Source: Spongospora subterranea f. sp. subterranea
Lineage: Eukaryota
Assembly: GCA_049724395.1 (NCBI GenBank)
Contig: JAUGWO010000156.1
Span: 1 to 64,000 of the forward strand
DNA: 64,000 nt
Direction: 5' to 3'
Part shown: positions 24,370-35,900 of the stretch, in pieces
How positions within the stretch are numbered: the first letter of the stretch is position 1
Layout: the number at the start of each line of letters is the position of its first letter
Made by a program: the position numbers and the translations under genes
Notes under the pieces: model-generated
Seen by the model: only the letters and a program-made list of their open reading frames with translations
Databases searched by the model: none
What the model was told of the DNA's origin: nothing

Positions 24370-26340
24370 CGGGTAGGTAGTAGTTTGTCCATTGATCGAC
24401 AATTTGTCTATTGGTGGGTTCTCATTGAACAAGATGTTTGTTTGAGCCATTTGGATTTTGATTCTGTTGTCTTTGATCCACTCAGTTTTGTTGAATACCT
24501 CTAGTGTTGTGTCATCCACACACACATTATTATACTTACTATTAATTGTAGGGGGTGTCAAAGTTAAAATATTCCACAGAGTTGAAAACGTTTTCGCCTA
24601 TTTTACAACGTTTTAGAATGGCTGATTTTGTGCAGTTTCAAACGGGTTTTGCGAAAGGGGTGTCAGAGTTGCGTCAGGTCACTGAGTTCACCGAACGCCT
24701 TGTCGGTGAAACCCTGATGATATGGCAATAAGGGTTGGGTTGTGCGAAATGGAAGGGGCACACAGACCAAACGCGTGTCGGTACGAATGACGGCCTTCAA
24801 AAAAGACATGATAATTATGTGGCTGCTGGACAAGTGCAACCTCGACCTGATAAACGGCGGCAATTCTGGGCCTCTCCAAGCGGGCAAGGCAGTCAGGAAA
24901 ACGACCGCGTACAGCAGTCTCGCTGCCTTCATCAACAGCACGCGAAACTAGGTACAATTCATACCTAACTTCATTCAAATCGGCAAAACGCGAATCGACT
25001 AATCAGGCGGGTTGGGGAATGACAGAGAAAGACCGGGCAAAAGGCATAGGTAGTATCTGTTGATCAGATATTGGAGAGCAGGTGCTCCAATTATGCTCGG
25101 TTGGAGGAATTATTCGACGAAAGGCAAAATATTGCTCCAGCGTGCCAAATGAATATCGGCGTTTCCGGTCCAAGGTCGCCGGTTCTCGCAATTGCAGCGG
25201 ACTCCAGTGATGAGATGATCGACGAAGTCGGCACCGACGTTGTCGAGGATATTGATGCCGGGGGTTTTGCTCTCCCACCGCCTGCTAAGAGAGCGAAGAA
25301 GCACCGCAATTCGCACTGTTGAAGCTAAAATCTGCACCAGAAGCATCTCAGTCTCCGCCTCTAACACTTCCAAAGGTTAGCGAACCTCAAAAGTGGAAGA
25401 CGCGGTTAAGAATTCTTTCATGAACATTCAAGAGCAACGCCTTGAAATTGAACGAGAACAATTCATGCAAAACCGCGAAATAGCTGTCAAGAAGTTCCAG
25501 TTGGAAGTTTTTTCGCGGTCTTGCATGAATTTTTCTCATTTATCTACAGCTATACTGGATCCCTGTCGAATGCCATTCTCCTGCCTATGTAATATAGAAT
25601 TGGTATTTCTGTGATTCACCTCCAAGATTCTGTTTGTTAGTCATTCGTTAATCAGTAATATCAGATATGGATCTATTCCCATTCTCCTCATCTTCTGGAT
25701 TAGCAGTGTTCGTTGCACTCTATCAAATGCCTTCATGAAATCGTATACAATCATGGCGAATTGTTGGTCTTTTGCCGCCGCTAATCCTGCATTATTTTAG
25801 CAGTCTTAACAGTGCATGTGTTATGTGCTGGCCGACATCCAGATTGGTTATCTGGTATGGCCTCACTCGCTTGTTGCCGTATTCTATGTTCAATTATTCC
25901 TTCCACAACCTTTGCTATGATAGACAATAGTGATTTCGGTTGATATTCTCGTTTTTTCGCTTTTGGGTTGTGGCCGTATTTTGGCGATCCTTACTTTCTG
26001 TGGAAAGTACCCAATATCGATAATGTCAGTATTGATTGCCTTTGGAGATGTGTCTTTGATTATGTGATTTGTGCACATATGCTTAATCAGGCTATTGGAA
26101 ATTCCATCTATTCCTCCAGCAGATTTGCTGTTGGCTTTTTAAACTGCTCTTTCTAGTTCTCTGATAGTGATATTTGCTGTTGGTGTTTCCAGTCGTTCTT
26201 TCAATGATTCTGCCAGGAGTAGCTCGGGCTCCAGTTTTTCTATCTTAGTCAGTTCGAGATCTGGTGCACTATTGATTTCTTCAAAATTTCGAGGCGAAGT
26301 TTTCCACCTTCTCTTTTACTTCGTTGGTGAAGGTTTCGTT
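24370..26340 (-). pseudogene. Decayed LINE reverse transcriptase interrupted by a ~1 kb insertion (~24587-25545)
   Basis: Manual minus-strand translation gives EYQPKSLLSIIAKVVEGII, IPDNQSGCRP, YDFMKAFDRVQR (motif A), an in-frame stop, and ENGIRQGSSI (motif B). After the insertion it continues TLWNIL...NNVCVDDTT (degenerate YxDD) and WIKDNRIKI. Confidence 0.85.
24790..25510 (+). pseudogene. Degenerate Harbinger-associated Myb/SANT-like ORF inside the LINE remnant
   Basis: Fragments IMWLLDKCN...KTTAYSSLAAFIN, GWGMTEKDRAKGI and ILESRCSNYARLEELFDERQN, an acidic linker, PPAKRAKK and a coiled-coil tail. Contains stops and frameshifts; assigned by resemblance. Confidence 0.5.
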
Positions 26341-26354
26341 TTTCTTGTTTCTTT

Positions 26355-26544
26355 TTGTAACGCCGTAACGCAAGTATCGCCAGACACGGCTGTTTCGGCT
26401 TTACGAGTCCATAACATCTGTCTGGACGCCGATGCGTTGAGCAGGCGTCTGAAGACCGTCAGCGCATCGGCGTCCAGACAGATATTATGGACTCGTAAAG
26501 CCGAAACAGCCGTGTCTGGAGATACTTGCGTTCCGGCGTTACAA
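26355..26544. repeat. Long hairpin/foldback: 86-bp arms with an 18-nt loop
   Basis: 26355-26440 is the reverse complement of 26459-26544 with 4 mismatches. The termini read TGTAACGCC...GGCGTTACA. Confidence 0.95.
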
Positions 26545-27099
26545 TCTCACAGAGTACCGCGAATTGCTTTTGTGCTGCCCAAGTCAGTAAGCACATTGCT
26601 TGGTGCAGCTTGATGTTATCAGGTGGCCGGCATCGGACGCACGCGAACTCAATCCAAAGGTTCTGTGGTTTGCGCGCGTAGGACCATACCACCGGTTGCC
26701 CAGGCATAATTGTACTTGTGGCGACCAGATAGGCGCTGATCGTCCCATCCGGCGCAGTTGGGAAAACAGAAATGATTCGCCAGTGACGCGCTCTGCTCAA
26801 CATCCCAACGTTGTATCGAGGGCTCGCGCTTGCCCCGAGATCAGCACAATACTCCGATTCCGGCTCGGCACGATGGCGAAATGACGAACCGTCACACCGC
26901 CACAGGCCACGTTCAAGAATTTGCAGAAAAAAAATCTTGTGAATTGATATCGCGTTCGCAGGTGTACAGGCTTGGCAGAAAATTAATGTTCTCGCGTACG
27001 CTCGGGTATTTTTCACCGCAAAAAACAACATTAAACACCCATTGATTTCACCAGTCCATTATCTGGACTGACGGGCAATCGCAAGAAGAGAATCCGCGA

Positions 27100-27430
27100 A
27101 AACGGACGCCAATACTTTGACTGGAATGAATTACACTTTCTGAATGAATCACCCTCTCTGAATGAACCGTCAGGTCAGATAATGGACTGGTGAAATCAGG
27201 GTGGGACTTGTTCAACCTCTGGTTACAATCCTCCTTTGAATCGTCGTCAGAAAAGTTGTCGAAAGATTTTTGCGCAATCAATGTCGCATCCGACGACGAG
27301 CACGCAAAGAGTCCCACAGCAATGTCCCTTCAAACAATTGTTCCAGCAACGGAAACAAAGGTAATGTCGTTATTTTCCATTTCTTGGCCTTGGGATGATT
27401 CTGAAACAGAGCCAAATTAAGACGAACATC
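27100..27430 (-). pseudogene. Second Myb/SANT-like (Harbinger accessory ORF type) remnant
   Basis: NHPKAKKWKITTLPLFPLLEQLFEG then, frameshifted, VGLFACSSS and an acidic tail. This resembles the C-terminal part of Myb_DNA-bind_3-type proteins. Confidence 0.5.
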
Positions 27431-28987
27431 AATGACGTCTGATTGCGTGAATTTAATCATCCCATATAGCGTCAGAAGCAGACGCAATATGTTCCCAGCC
27501 GACGCCACTGAAATTTTTGACTGTTCGAACCACATCAAAATGCCTTTTTCAAACTATAAAATGCGTTCACTTGGCGTTAAAAAACCGAAGTTCACAATTG
27601 ACCGCAGCCTCCACTTTACAGTACACGCAGTCGCGCATTTCAGTCCAGTCGTGCAGCTCCCACCTAGCAATACTGCAAGGGAACGCGGAAGATGAGAAGC
27701 CGTTCGCCCTCAAACCGAACCGATCCGACCCGATTTGAACCAGACCATTAACGGAACTTTTGAACCGCCCTGGGCACGCTTCGCGGTTTTGGATAAATGA
27801 GGGTTATCAACGTATTCCGTGGTTGTCCGTTCTGAAGAGGCAAGAATGGCTGATTAATAACCAAAACTCACTGCATAAGGATAAATAAACTAATGGAGAG
27901 ACGTTTCAAATTTTATGTGGTTTTTGCCTGATTTTTTGCGGAATTTTAGTGATACGAAATTGTCATGTACAGTGTGGAAACTGAGCTTTTATTCATCTTT
28001 AGTTTACTATACTCCTAATATTAGTTTAGCTTTCAGTAGTGTTGAGCATATTATGGGATCTTAACAAGTAAAATCTGACCAGGTTGCTCATTCTGGTTGC
28101 CTTAACACAACCAGCAAATTACAGTGACCACAACTAAAATCGTTATTTTATCCCCAACAATATTGTTTTTCTGAAATGTCCAGACATATGGCGTGAAATC
28201 AATTAGTTGAAAACCGTTTTATGCGAATGGTCTTGTCGTTGCGTGCTGATCAATAGCACTCTAATGTTTTGTGCGAAACATCTCCTGTGTCGGAGCCATC
28301 AGAAGGGAGTCGATGCCACCAAGGCATCACACACTGTGGGGAGCAAGAGCATTCAAGGTTTACCTTTAACAAAGATACTTCTCTTGAGTAGATTAGAAAT
28401 AGACTGCAACCTGACAGCAAGTGACATCGCTTCGGCATCCCGTTTCGTTATCTTGATCCTCTGCATTGTTTTTTATGTTTGGGGTTAGCTCTCTCAAACT
28501 GTGATAAATCAATTATGTTTTTGTATTCGGTACTGAAATAGATTACTGCTACGACTATCGAAGCCATGCAACCGGGCAGAAATAGTGAAATCAAATTTGA
28601 CATTGATGCCTTTCCTGCCTTAACGGTTAGAGAAAGCGACAATTGCATGTAAGGCAGGAGGTCCCGATCAGAATATATTTAGCGCTCGGTTGATGGAACA
28701 GAAAAGTGCGCGACGCTTCAACTGACTATTTGTGTACACTTTATGATACAGCATGAATCCGATTTCGGTTCCCAAGCTATCGGGCCAGACTCGGACTACC
28801 CAACCAGGACCCCGTAGCGCGGCCTAACTCCGTAACCTTACTCATCACAACTGGGGAAAAAACGCGTGAATCAGTAACGCCTGGCGCATTCCAGTCAGGA
28901 CTCTGGAGTTCGTGGGAGCTTCCATGCTGCCCAGTCTTAAAAACAACTGCTGTACAGAGTTCTATAAAACAATATTCGCGAACAATT

Positions 28988-31900
28988 ATGGGCAAGATGA
29001 CGCTATCCGCTCATAAGCGGGCCTGGAATGTGAGTTTCATGTCGGCAAGTACGCCCGCCGCCAAAGTCTCGCCAACCGCAAAGCGTTCAAAGCAAAATCA
29101 ACTCATGATTGATACATGCACGAGGCTGACGGAGGCGGAACGTGCCGCCATCGTCCAGGAGTGCTGTGACGACGGTATAGGCAAAGTGTCCACCGCCGCT
29201 TTGACACCCGAATTCTCGTCAATGCTCATGGCGTCGGAGCGGGCAATCGGGGATCAGATGCCCAGAGATTTGATCAGGCGCCAGGCCGAACTGCACAGAT
29301 ATGTTACCACATTCTCTCAGCGATTCTCTAACGTGTCGTCGGATGCGTCTCCGGCGTGTCTGGATCAGCTGGTCCAATACATGTGCCGACAAGTGAAAAG
29401 GCTATTAGAAGATGATATATCCACAGTACATCAGACAAGGACGAATTGGATAAACGGCAAGTTTGCCGAATTACAGTCGTTTCAGCCCTTGATCCGGACA
29501 TCATCTGCCCAGTTCAGCGACGAGTCTGCGTTCCGCAAAATCATTTCAAAAGACCACGGCAGGTGCCTGCATCGGCATATTGTTCACGATCCCAAAACGA
29601 TTCATTGACTAAACTATAATAAGTCAAAAAATTATATTATAGGATCGATCATCTCTACTGATTACTTTAGACAGATGGAACGGTCGGACGGTCCGTCCTT
29701 GAATAACGATAAGAAAGATCAGGCGGAACAGGTGTTTGGTCGAACGCAAGTTCACTTGTTGAACGATGACGTGATGGCGTTGGAAACCCAGCCTGACGCA
29801 AAGCGCGGCAATGTGAGATGGGTACGAATTGCCACTCCTGATGGCGGCGATATCCAAATGCACATGTCCCCGCCCATGCCTCAGTCCTCACTCGCAGCGC
29901 TAACGTAAAGCGGACTTGCAGTCGAATTCGATCATTGAAAACGGCGTATCATATCTAACTGACTGTGAACCCATTCATGTTACTCCATTTTATTCCGACT
30001 TCCCCGACACACCGACTTTCTTGTTACATGTTACATTCTTTACCCACTACTGCGTCTGTGGATTGAAAATGGAGTTTCGTGTTGACTCCGACAGTGAAAT
30101 GGCTTCGTCATTCAAATTTCTTTTACAGTTGAAATACCTTCTCTCATTTCGCATATGCCTTGATTCGTCGATTTATATCAACAGCCTGACCTGTCAATTT
30201 CAAAGCCATTTCCCCTCCGCATGTTTTAGACTGTGGTACGATGAGCGTCTTTGTCGTTCAGGCAAAGGGAAAATGCCAGACTGGCACCACAAGTGGCCGC
30301 ATTGACGAGTCCTAGGGCGAACAAGGGTGACACCGTCCAGATTGAGTACCTACTCGAGGATTGGGGCGCCAATCAAGTCGCCCGTGTTCGCTCATTCAAC
30401 GCCATTGTTCAATCGATCAGCAGCATTATGGAAGTAAATCAATCCAGGGCTCATTACACTGGTGTCACAATATGCGACGATATTCCATGTCGGGAAACCA
30501 TTGAAGAAGGGCAGGTTATGCATTTCAAGGTAAGACCCTTAAAAGTTTTGAACACACGCCGATGGTATTCTTTGAGTGATTTTAAGTGCTATGATTTATT
30601 TTGAGGTTTGGATGTTTTATGGGCTTGAGCATAACATGGGACCAACCCGTTGAAGCATGTTTTGAATCGGGCTTTATAAAGAGCACGATTTTCAATCAGG
30701 GAGTACCCTTATTTGTGGTAGCAACGCAAACATGTTTGTTTAATACCAATATATGATTTTAACAATGCTAAAAAATATAGGCGTTTGCAGATCTGGCATC
30801 TGGGCCATCCCATTTAAAGGTCGAGTTGCGCGTGTCTAGCCCGCCAGATGCACAGCCGGTTCTGTATATGGCCACTGAACAGTCGTATCCCAACGCTGGC
30901 AATTGCGTCTGGATGGCCCATGCTCATCAGGGCATATCCTCATATAAAACCCTAACTATCAGTGCGTCTTCATCATTACTCATCGTTTTTTCGTATCGTT
31001 CAAACTCTTTGTCAAACGGCTTCACTTTGAAACGATCACCGCACTGGAACGGCATCGTCATCGCATATATATTCTCAACTCTTTGGTGTTTTCCGATTGT
31101 GCAACTGACCATCATGGGTCCTTAGGTAATCGCGATCCTCACGCCATTACAGGATGGTATTACATGACGGTGATGGTCAATGCTAACGTCCCAACGACGT
31201 TCACTCTGCGCGCCACACTGCACGTCGAGGACATGCAGCGGGGTCGTCAACGCGGGGGAGTGTCCAACGGCAGCCCCGGCATGTCCGGCACTTCCCACAG
31301 GAACATCCACGAACGGGTCCGTTTGAAGATCGACGAAATCGCACAGAACGCTGATGCACGCGCTGCTCTACGCAAAAGAATTCTAGAGTATCGCAAAGTA
31401 CACATGGCGAAGCAGCAACTTTCAGGAACCGGGTAGTATTTGTCCACATTTCTCCATGGTTTCGCTTCTTTTAAGGAAATATTTCAGTACCAGAAATATA
31501 GTGGAGGACAACGCTGGAGAGATAATGGCGCTACGCAATACGCCAAGAGCACGGGAGGTGGCACGATCCGAATGGGCAGCCATTCATACCGAGCGGATGT
31601 CGTCGGCCATGGAGACGGTGACACGGTTTTCGGAGAAGCTGGCATCTCAACAGGATCAAGTCAGGGAAGTGTTCGATCGGCGGTTTCGTGACAGCGATCG
31701 CCGCAGACGCAATGCGTTGCGGAAACGGAGCCAAACACAGCTGCAGAAAAAATGGATGATGTGGACGATGATTGGGGCAGTTCATTTCAAGTGGGAACAG
31801 CTGTTCTTATCCGGTCGTATCTTACGCGAGGCGTTCATTCGTCGGACAACGGCCGCCAACGTCATTTGTCAGTTCATTCATCGTACGGTCCAGAAGCGGC

Positions 31901-32584
31901 GGTATCGACGCGCTCGTCGATCGCTCTTGGGAGTTCGGACAATCATCAGGCTGTGCGTGGTCAATAACCAGATAGTTGTCCGGCATCGCGCCACCGATGT
32001 TTTCAAACAGGTCCTCTCTCACTTAAGTTGTTTTCGTTCGTCGGTTCTTGGTTCTGTCAGTTTTTTTTTTCCTTGTAATATTGCTTAGTTTTGCATCTGT
32101 TGAGCTGCTTCGTTAGTTCCTGGAGAACGCCGCTGGTGTTCAGAAGAATTTGTCATCGATTATAAAGAACTTCCGTCATCGTGTATTGGTCTTGCAGCGA
32201 TTCCATTCAAGGTGGAAGCTGATGCGGGACGCCAAAATCCAATTATGGTTGCTGCAATGGGATCAGATCGAAAACCGGCACCGTGACGATGGCGTTCCTA
32301 TCGATATCCGGACCGACCTGCTGAGAGAGACCATGCGAGAGCTGAGGTTGCATCTGGCAAAGGGCAAGGAGGCTTATGATCAGGAACTCAGAGAATATCT
32401 GAAGAAGAAGAAAATGGACGATGCTAAGCGAATGATTAGCGATGACGGACGTAAGGAAGCAATCAAGGTTCCCGTTGCCCCGAAGATCCCGACGCTTTTG
32501 CCCAAGAAAACCATCGTGGCGCTGATTACAGAAGGCAGGAAAAGAGCTGCTGACAGCCATAATCTTCAAGAGCATAAATCATAA
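28988..32584 (+). CDS. Hypothetical multi-exon protein with a central beta-rich domain, coiled coils and IQ-like segments
   Basis: Seven exons join in frame through GT-AG introns (e.g. YKTLTIS|NRDPHAITGWYY; DVFKQ|FLENAAG). IQ-like AANVICQFIHR and VLVLQRFHSRW are present. No confident family. Confidence 0.7.
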
Positions 32585-32814
32585 CACAAATCAGCACTGA
32601 TATCATGGCAATATAAATATATGGCAGCCTATCTAACTGTATTGTGATATGTCATCTCATAATTGTTAAGGGTCTACTCGTATCTCTCAAGCAACAACCA
32701 TTCGTGGACATTCGGTATACGTCCTGTATTTATCAGAAGTTGTTTGATTATTGTCCAGTCTTGATATACGATATAGCCAGATAAACGCTAAACTATCACT
32801 TGGAGAAGATGTCT

Positions 32815-32885
32815 GGCTGTCTGTCATGCCGGCTAATGTGTTCTATCTGTCATGCCGGCTACTGGTTGGCTGTCTGTCATGCCGG
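32815..32885 (+). repeat. Three copies of (GG)CT(G/A)TCTGTCATGCCGG upstream of the SPEF2 start
   Basis: Copies at ~32815, ~32843 and ~32868 with a ~26-27-nt period, 50-120 nt before the ATG. Confidence 0.8.
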
Positions 32886-32932
32886 ATGTCTGAGCTGTGT
32901 GTTGCCCGGGCTCAGGTACTCTTTATCGAACC

Positions 32933-35900
32933 ATGTCGGCCTTGATTCGAACCTGGATTAAGGAGGATCTGGGAGTGAATCTCGACTGGTCCGGCGACCT
33001 AGATCAGTCTCTACGTAGCGGGCAACTCTTTCTCCAGATCGTCTGCCGTTTGGGTCTAGATCAAGGCCCACTTTCGTCTGGACTGAAGCCGGATCAGATA
33101 CGTCGGAATTGGGAGCGCGTATCTGACGCCCTCTCAACGCTCGGAGTGGCACATTCTCCAGGTCTGTTCTCCCAGATCATCGCCGGGCGTAAGGAAGTGG
33201 GTTTACAGCTGCTCCACGCCGTGAAAGTGCATTGGGAACGGTCTCGAATTCCCAACACTCTTAATCCATTAGCCAATGGTTTATCCCGTCCAACGCCAAC
33301 GCACGGTCATCGCTCTCTCCAATATCAGCAGTTCCAACAGCGCCATGTTCACCACATGTTATTGAAGACACTTTCTACAAAAAAAACTGTAAAACCCGTT
33401 GAAGATGCAATTCCAGGAAACAATGGGACCTGCGACTCAGAAGGGCGAAAATCGTTTCGTTTGGAACGATTGGCGGAGTTGGACGAAAGAATTCGGCAGA
33501 ATGACTACGCCGCCGAGTTAAGTTCACGACATTTCAGTCACTGGAAGCGCCGCGCCGAGGCCGATCGAAACAGCGACGCGATGGCCGAGGCGAAGTTGGC
33601 GGCGAAATACGAGGCGGAGCGGGCTCGCAAGTTGAATACGACCCAGGCTCATATGGCCAACGACCTGGCGTCGTTCGAAGAAAAACTGTCCACGATGCCG
33701 TTGGAGAACGGCGGGGACGATGACGAACGCCCCTTAAACATGGCCGAAAAGATCAAGGAGAGGCGCCATCGCGACGATCGGGACGAGGAGATCCGGCGTC
33801 GGCGAGTCGATAAACTTGTTCGTGATCGCGATCAGGTGTTGGAACCGCAAAATTACTGTTCAAATATCCGTCCCTGTTTGCCAATTGCTGTTTGTTCAAC
33901 AATTCTTATCTTTATGCCCCCATTTCCTGATTTTCGTCCAATGTTTTATCTGCGTTGAGGCTCGTTCGACACTGTTTTTCCAAAGTCCCACAATTTTGTA
34001 TATCCCTCTTTGTCTCGAAATAAAACCCTCCTTTCGAGTGGTGACCTGAACGAGTTGTTCCGTCATCTTGTCAGCTCTGTACGTGTTGTTTGTTAACTAG
34101 TGTAATTCCCAAACAGGGGTCGATGATCGATCAGGAACGGGGCAGACAACAGCACGTTGACGCCCTTGTCTCACGCCGATCCCGGCCGGAAGCCGAAACC
34201 GATCGCGCCCTGCGCCAGGTCGATATCGACGCCGCCTGCGCCGCCCAACGACGGCTCTATCACGAACGCGAGCTGAGACGGATCGAGGAGCGGCAGGCGT
34301 CGATTGCGTTGGCCCGTGACCTGCGCCATCATCAACTCAATCGCATACTCTACGAGGCCAAACTCAAATCTCATGGTCAACGGATCAGGTCGGGAACGAA
34401 TCACTCACAGTTCTTCAAACTACACGCAACGAACGACAGACCGCTCCAGAGATCAAACACATCTTAAGTCAATTCGTTCGATTTCTGTTCTTTTCAGTGA
34501 GATATGTGCGGTTTCACACATTTCCCATTGTGCACCAAAGTGTGATGCGGATCAACTCAATCCCCTGAACCCACTTGAGTTATGATCACTTCTCAGCCAC
34601 TGTGCTGAACTTGTCAGTTAGTCTTGTGCAGTTTGAGTTCAATTGCAGGATTTGCTTTGGGAAATCACGGCGACTTTCAATTGCGATTGTCAGATAACCG
34701 CAACGAGAATCACATTCACTTTAACTCGAACACAAATGTTTTTTTGTTTATTAGAGTTTGGCCATTTCAGCAATTGATTGTAATCGAAAGAAATCGCCAT
34801 TGCTGGAAAGTTTATAGTGTGGTTTAGGGAATTTGGTGCCGTTGCCGATCGGCGTCTACACGAAGAAACGACGGCCCATTGTCGGCAGATGGTGATCGGA
34901 CTAGGGGATGTGGCCGTCGACATGGCGTCATATCGGCGGGCGGCACGTTCCCCCGACATACCCCCGAACCAGGTCGATATTTGGATGGCGTCGTGGCGCT
35001 ACGCGCTAGCGGATCCGATCGACCCGTTGGTGAAAGGGCGCGTTGACCAGTCAAATTATCAATATGTTATTGATCTTCATGATCACCTCGTCAGTTAATC
35101 AAAAAATCACTCAAAACTGTCGACATTTCCAGCACCGTTTTCACCTTTTCTTGCGATCGTCCGCTGATTTGAAATTACGATTTTCCAGTGATTCCTTATT
35201 TTCCAATTTTACTCAATATCAGCCGGACGATCTCTGGCTTTCATCGCTATTCCCTCGGCCTGATCTGGATTGACCTGATCGATATTCAGGACGATGTTCT
35301 CGATGAGCGATCCATGGAGCAGTTCATGAACGGTTCAGTTTCATGGTGGTCGGCCAACGATCAAGAGCCGATCCAGGGTCCAGAGGCGCTGGGTGCCGCT
35401 CTCCACGAAATCGTATCGACGGCCGCCGCTCCCGTATCGCTCCCGGAACCCGTTTCCCACAACACCTCTCCGATCATCTCCATCATCGGTAAACCATTCT
35501 CCGGCAAGCGATCGTTGGCCATCGCCCTCGCTCAGCATCTATCATATCGGATCATCGACATTGATTCCATCGCCAAATCATCACCGTAATCGAATATCGA
35601 AATCGCCATTCTCCCCGTTTTCATTCTGCTTTTCTTCTGTTCGTCAATTCCAGTTCCCCGTTTTGATCATTGATTGGTTTTAGTGGCCCATTTCCTGTCG
35701 ATTATCTGTCCCTAATCGAGCAGCGATTGTGCGATGGCGGTGCCGTTTCCGGGTCGATCCTGATCGGCTACCCGAACACAATGGCCCAAGCCGTGTCCCT
35801 GGAACGCCATCTGACCGGGTTCCAACAGCCCATCCTCGGTCGATCCGGTGCCGGGAGATACTCCCGCTCGCCCCTTATCCCATATCCACCGGATCTGCCG

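Larger units (their letters stand above)
3093..25017. repeat. Large inverted segmental duplication (arm B ~3093-13250, arm C ~16000-25017)
   Basis: 3093-3576 is the reverse complement of ~24533-25017. 7125-12260 matches the reverse complement of 17220-24534 once the inserted transposons and repeat-number differences are set aside. Patchy matches continue inward (e.g. AAGCGACAATGTGAT near 13190 vs its reverse complement near 16050). Confidence 0.85.

Noticed and set aside
24550..24560. GGGGGTGTC as a Harbinger/Tourist TIR
   Set aside because: It lies within LINE RT-homologous sequence (LWNIL...TP), and no partner TIR or 3-bp TSD was found.
25050..25067. GTAGTATCTGTT resembling the U2 snRNA branch-pairing region
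   Set aside because: Only ~12 nt match, the U2 5' stem is absent, and it reads as part of the degenerate ORF (VSVDQILESRC).
30926..30965. Apparent non-canonical GC donor in the 28988-32584 gene
   Set aside because: A canonical GT donor at 30962 restores the frame (TLTIS|NRDP).
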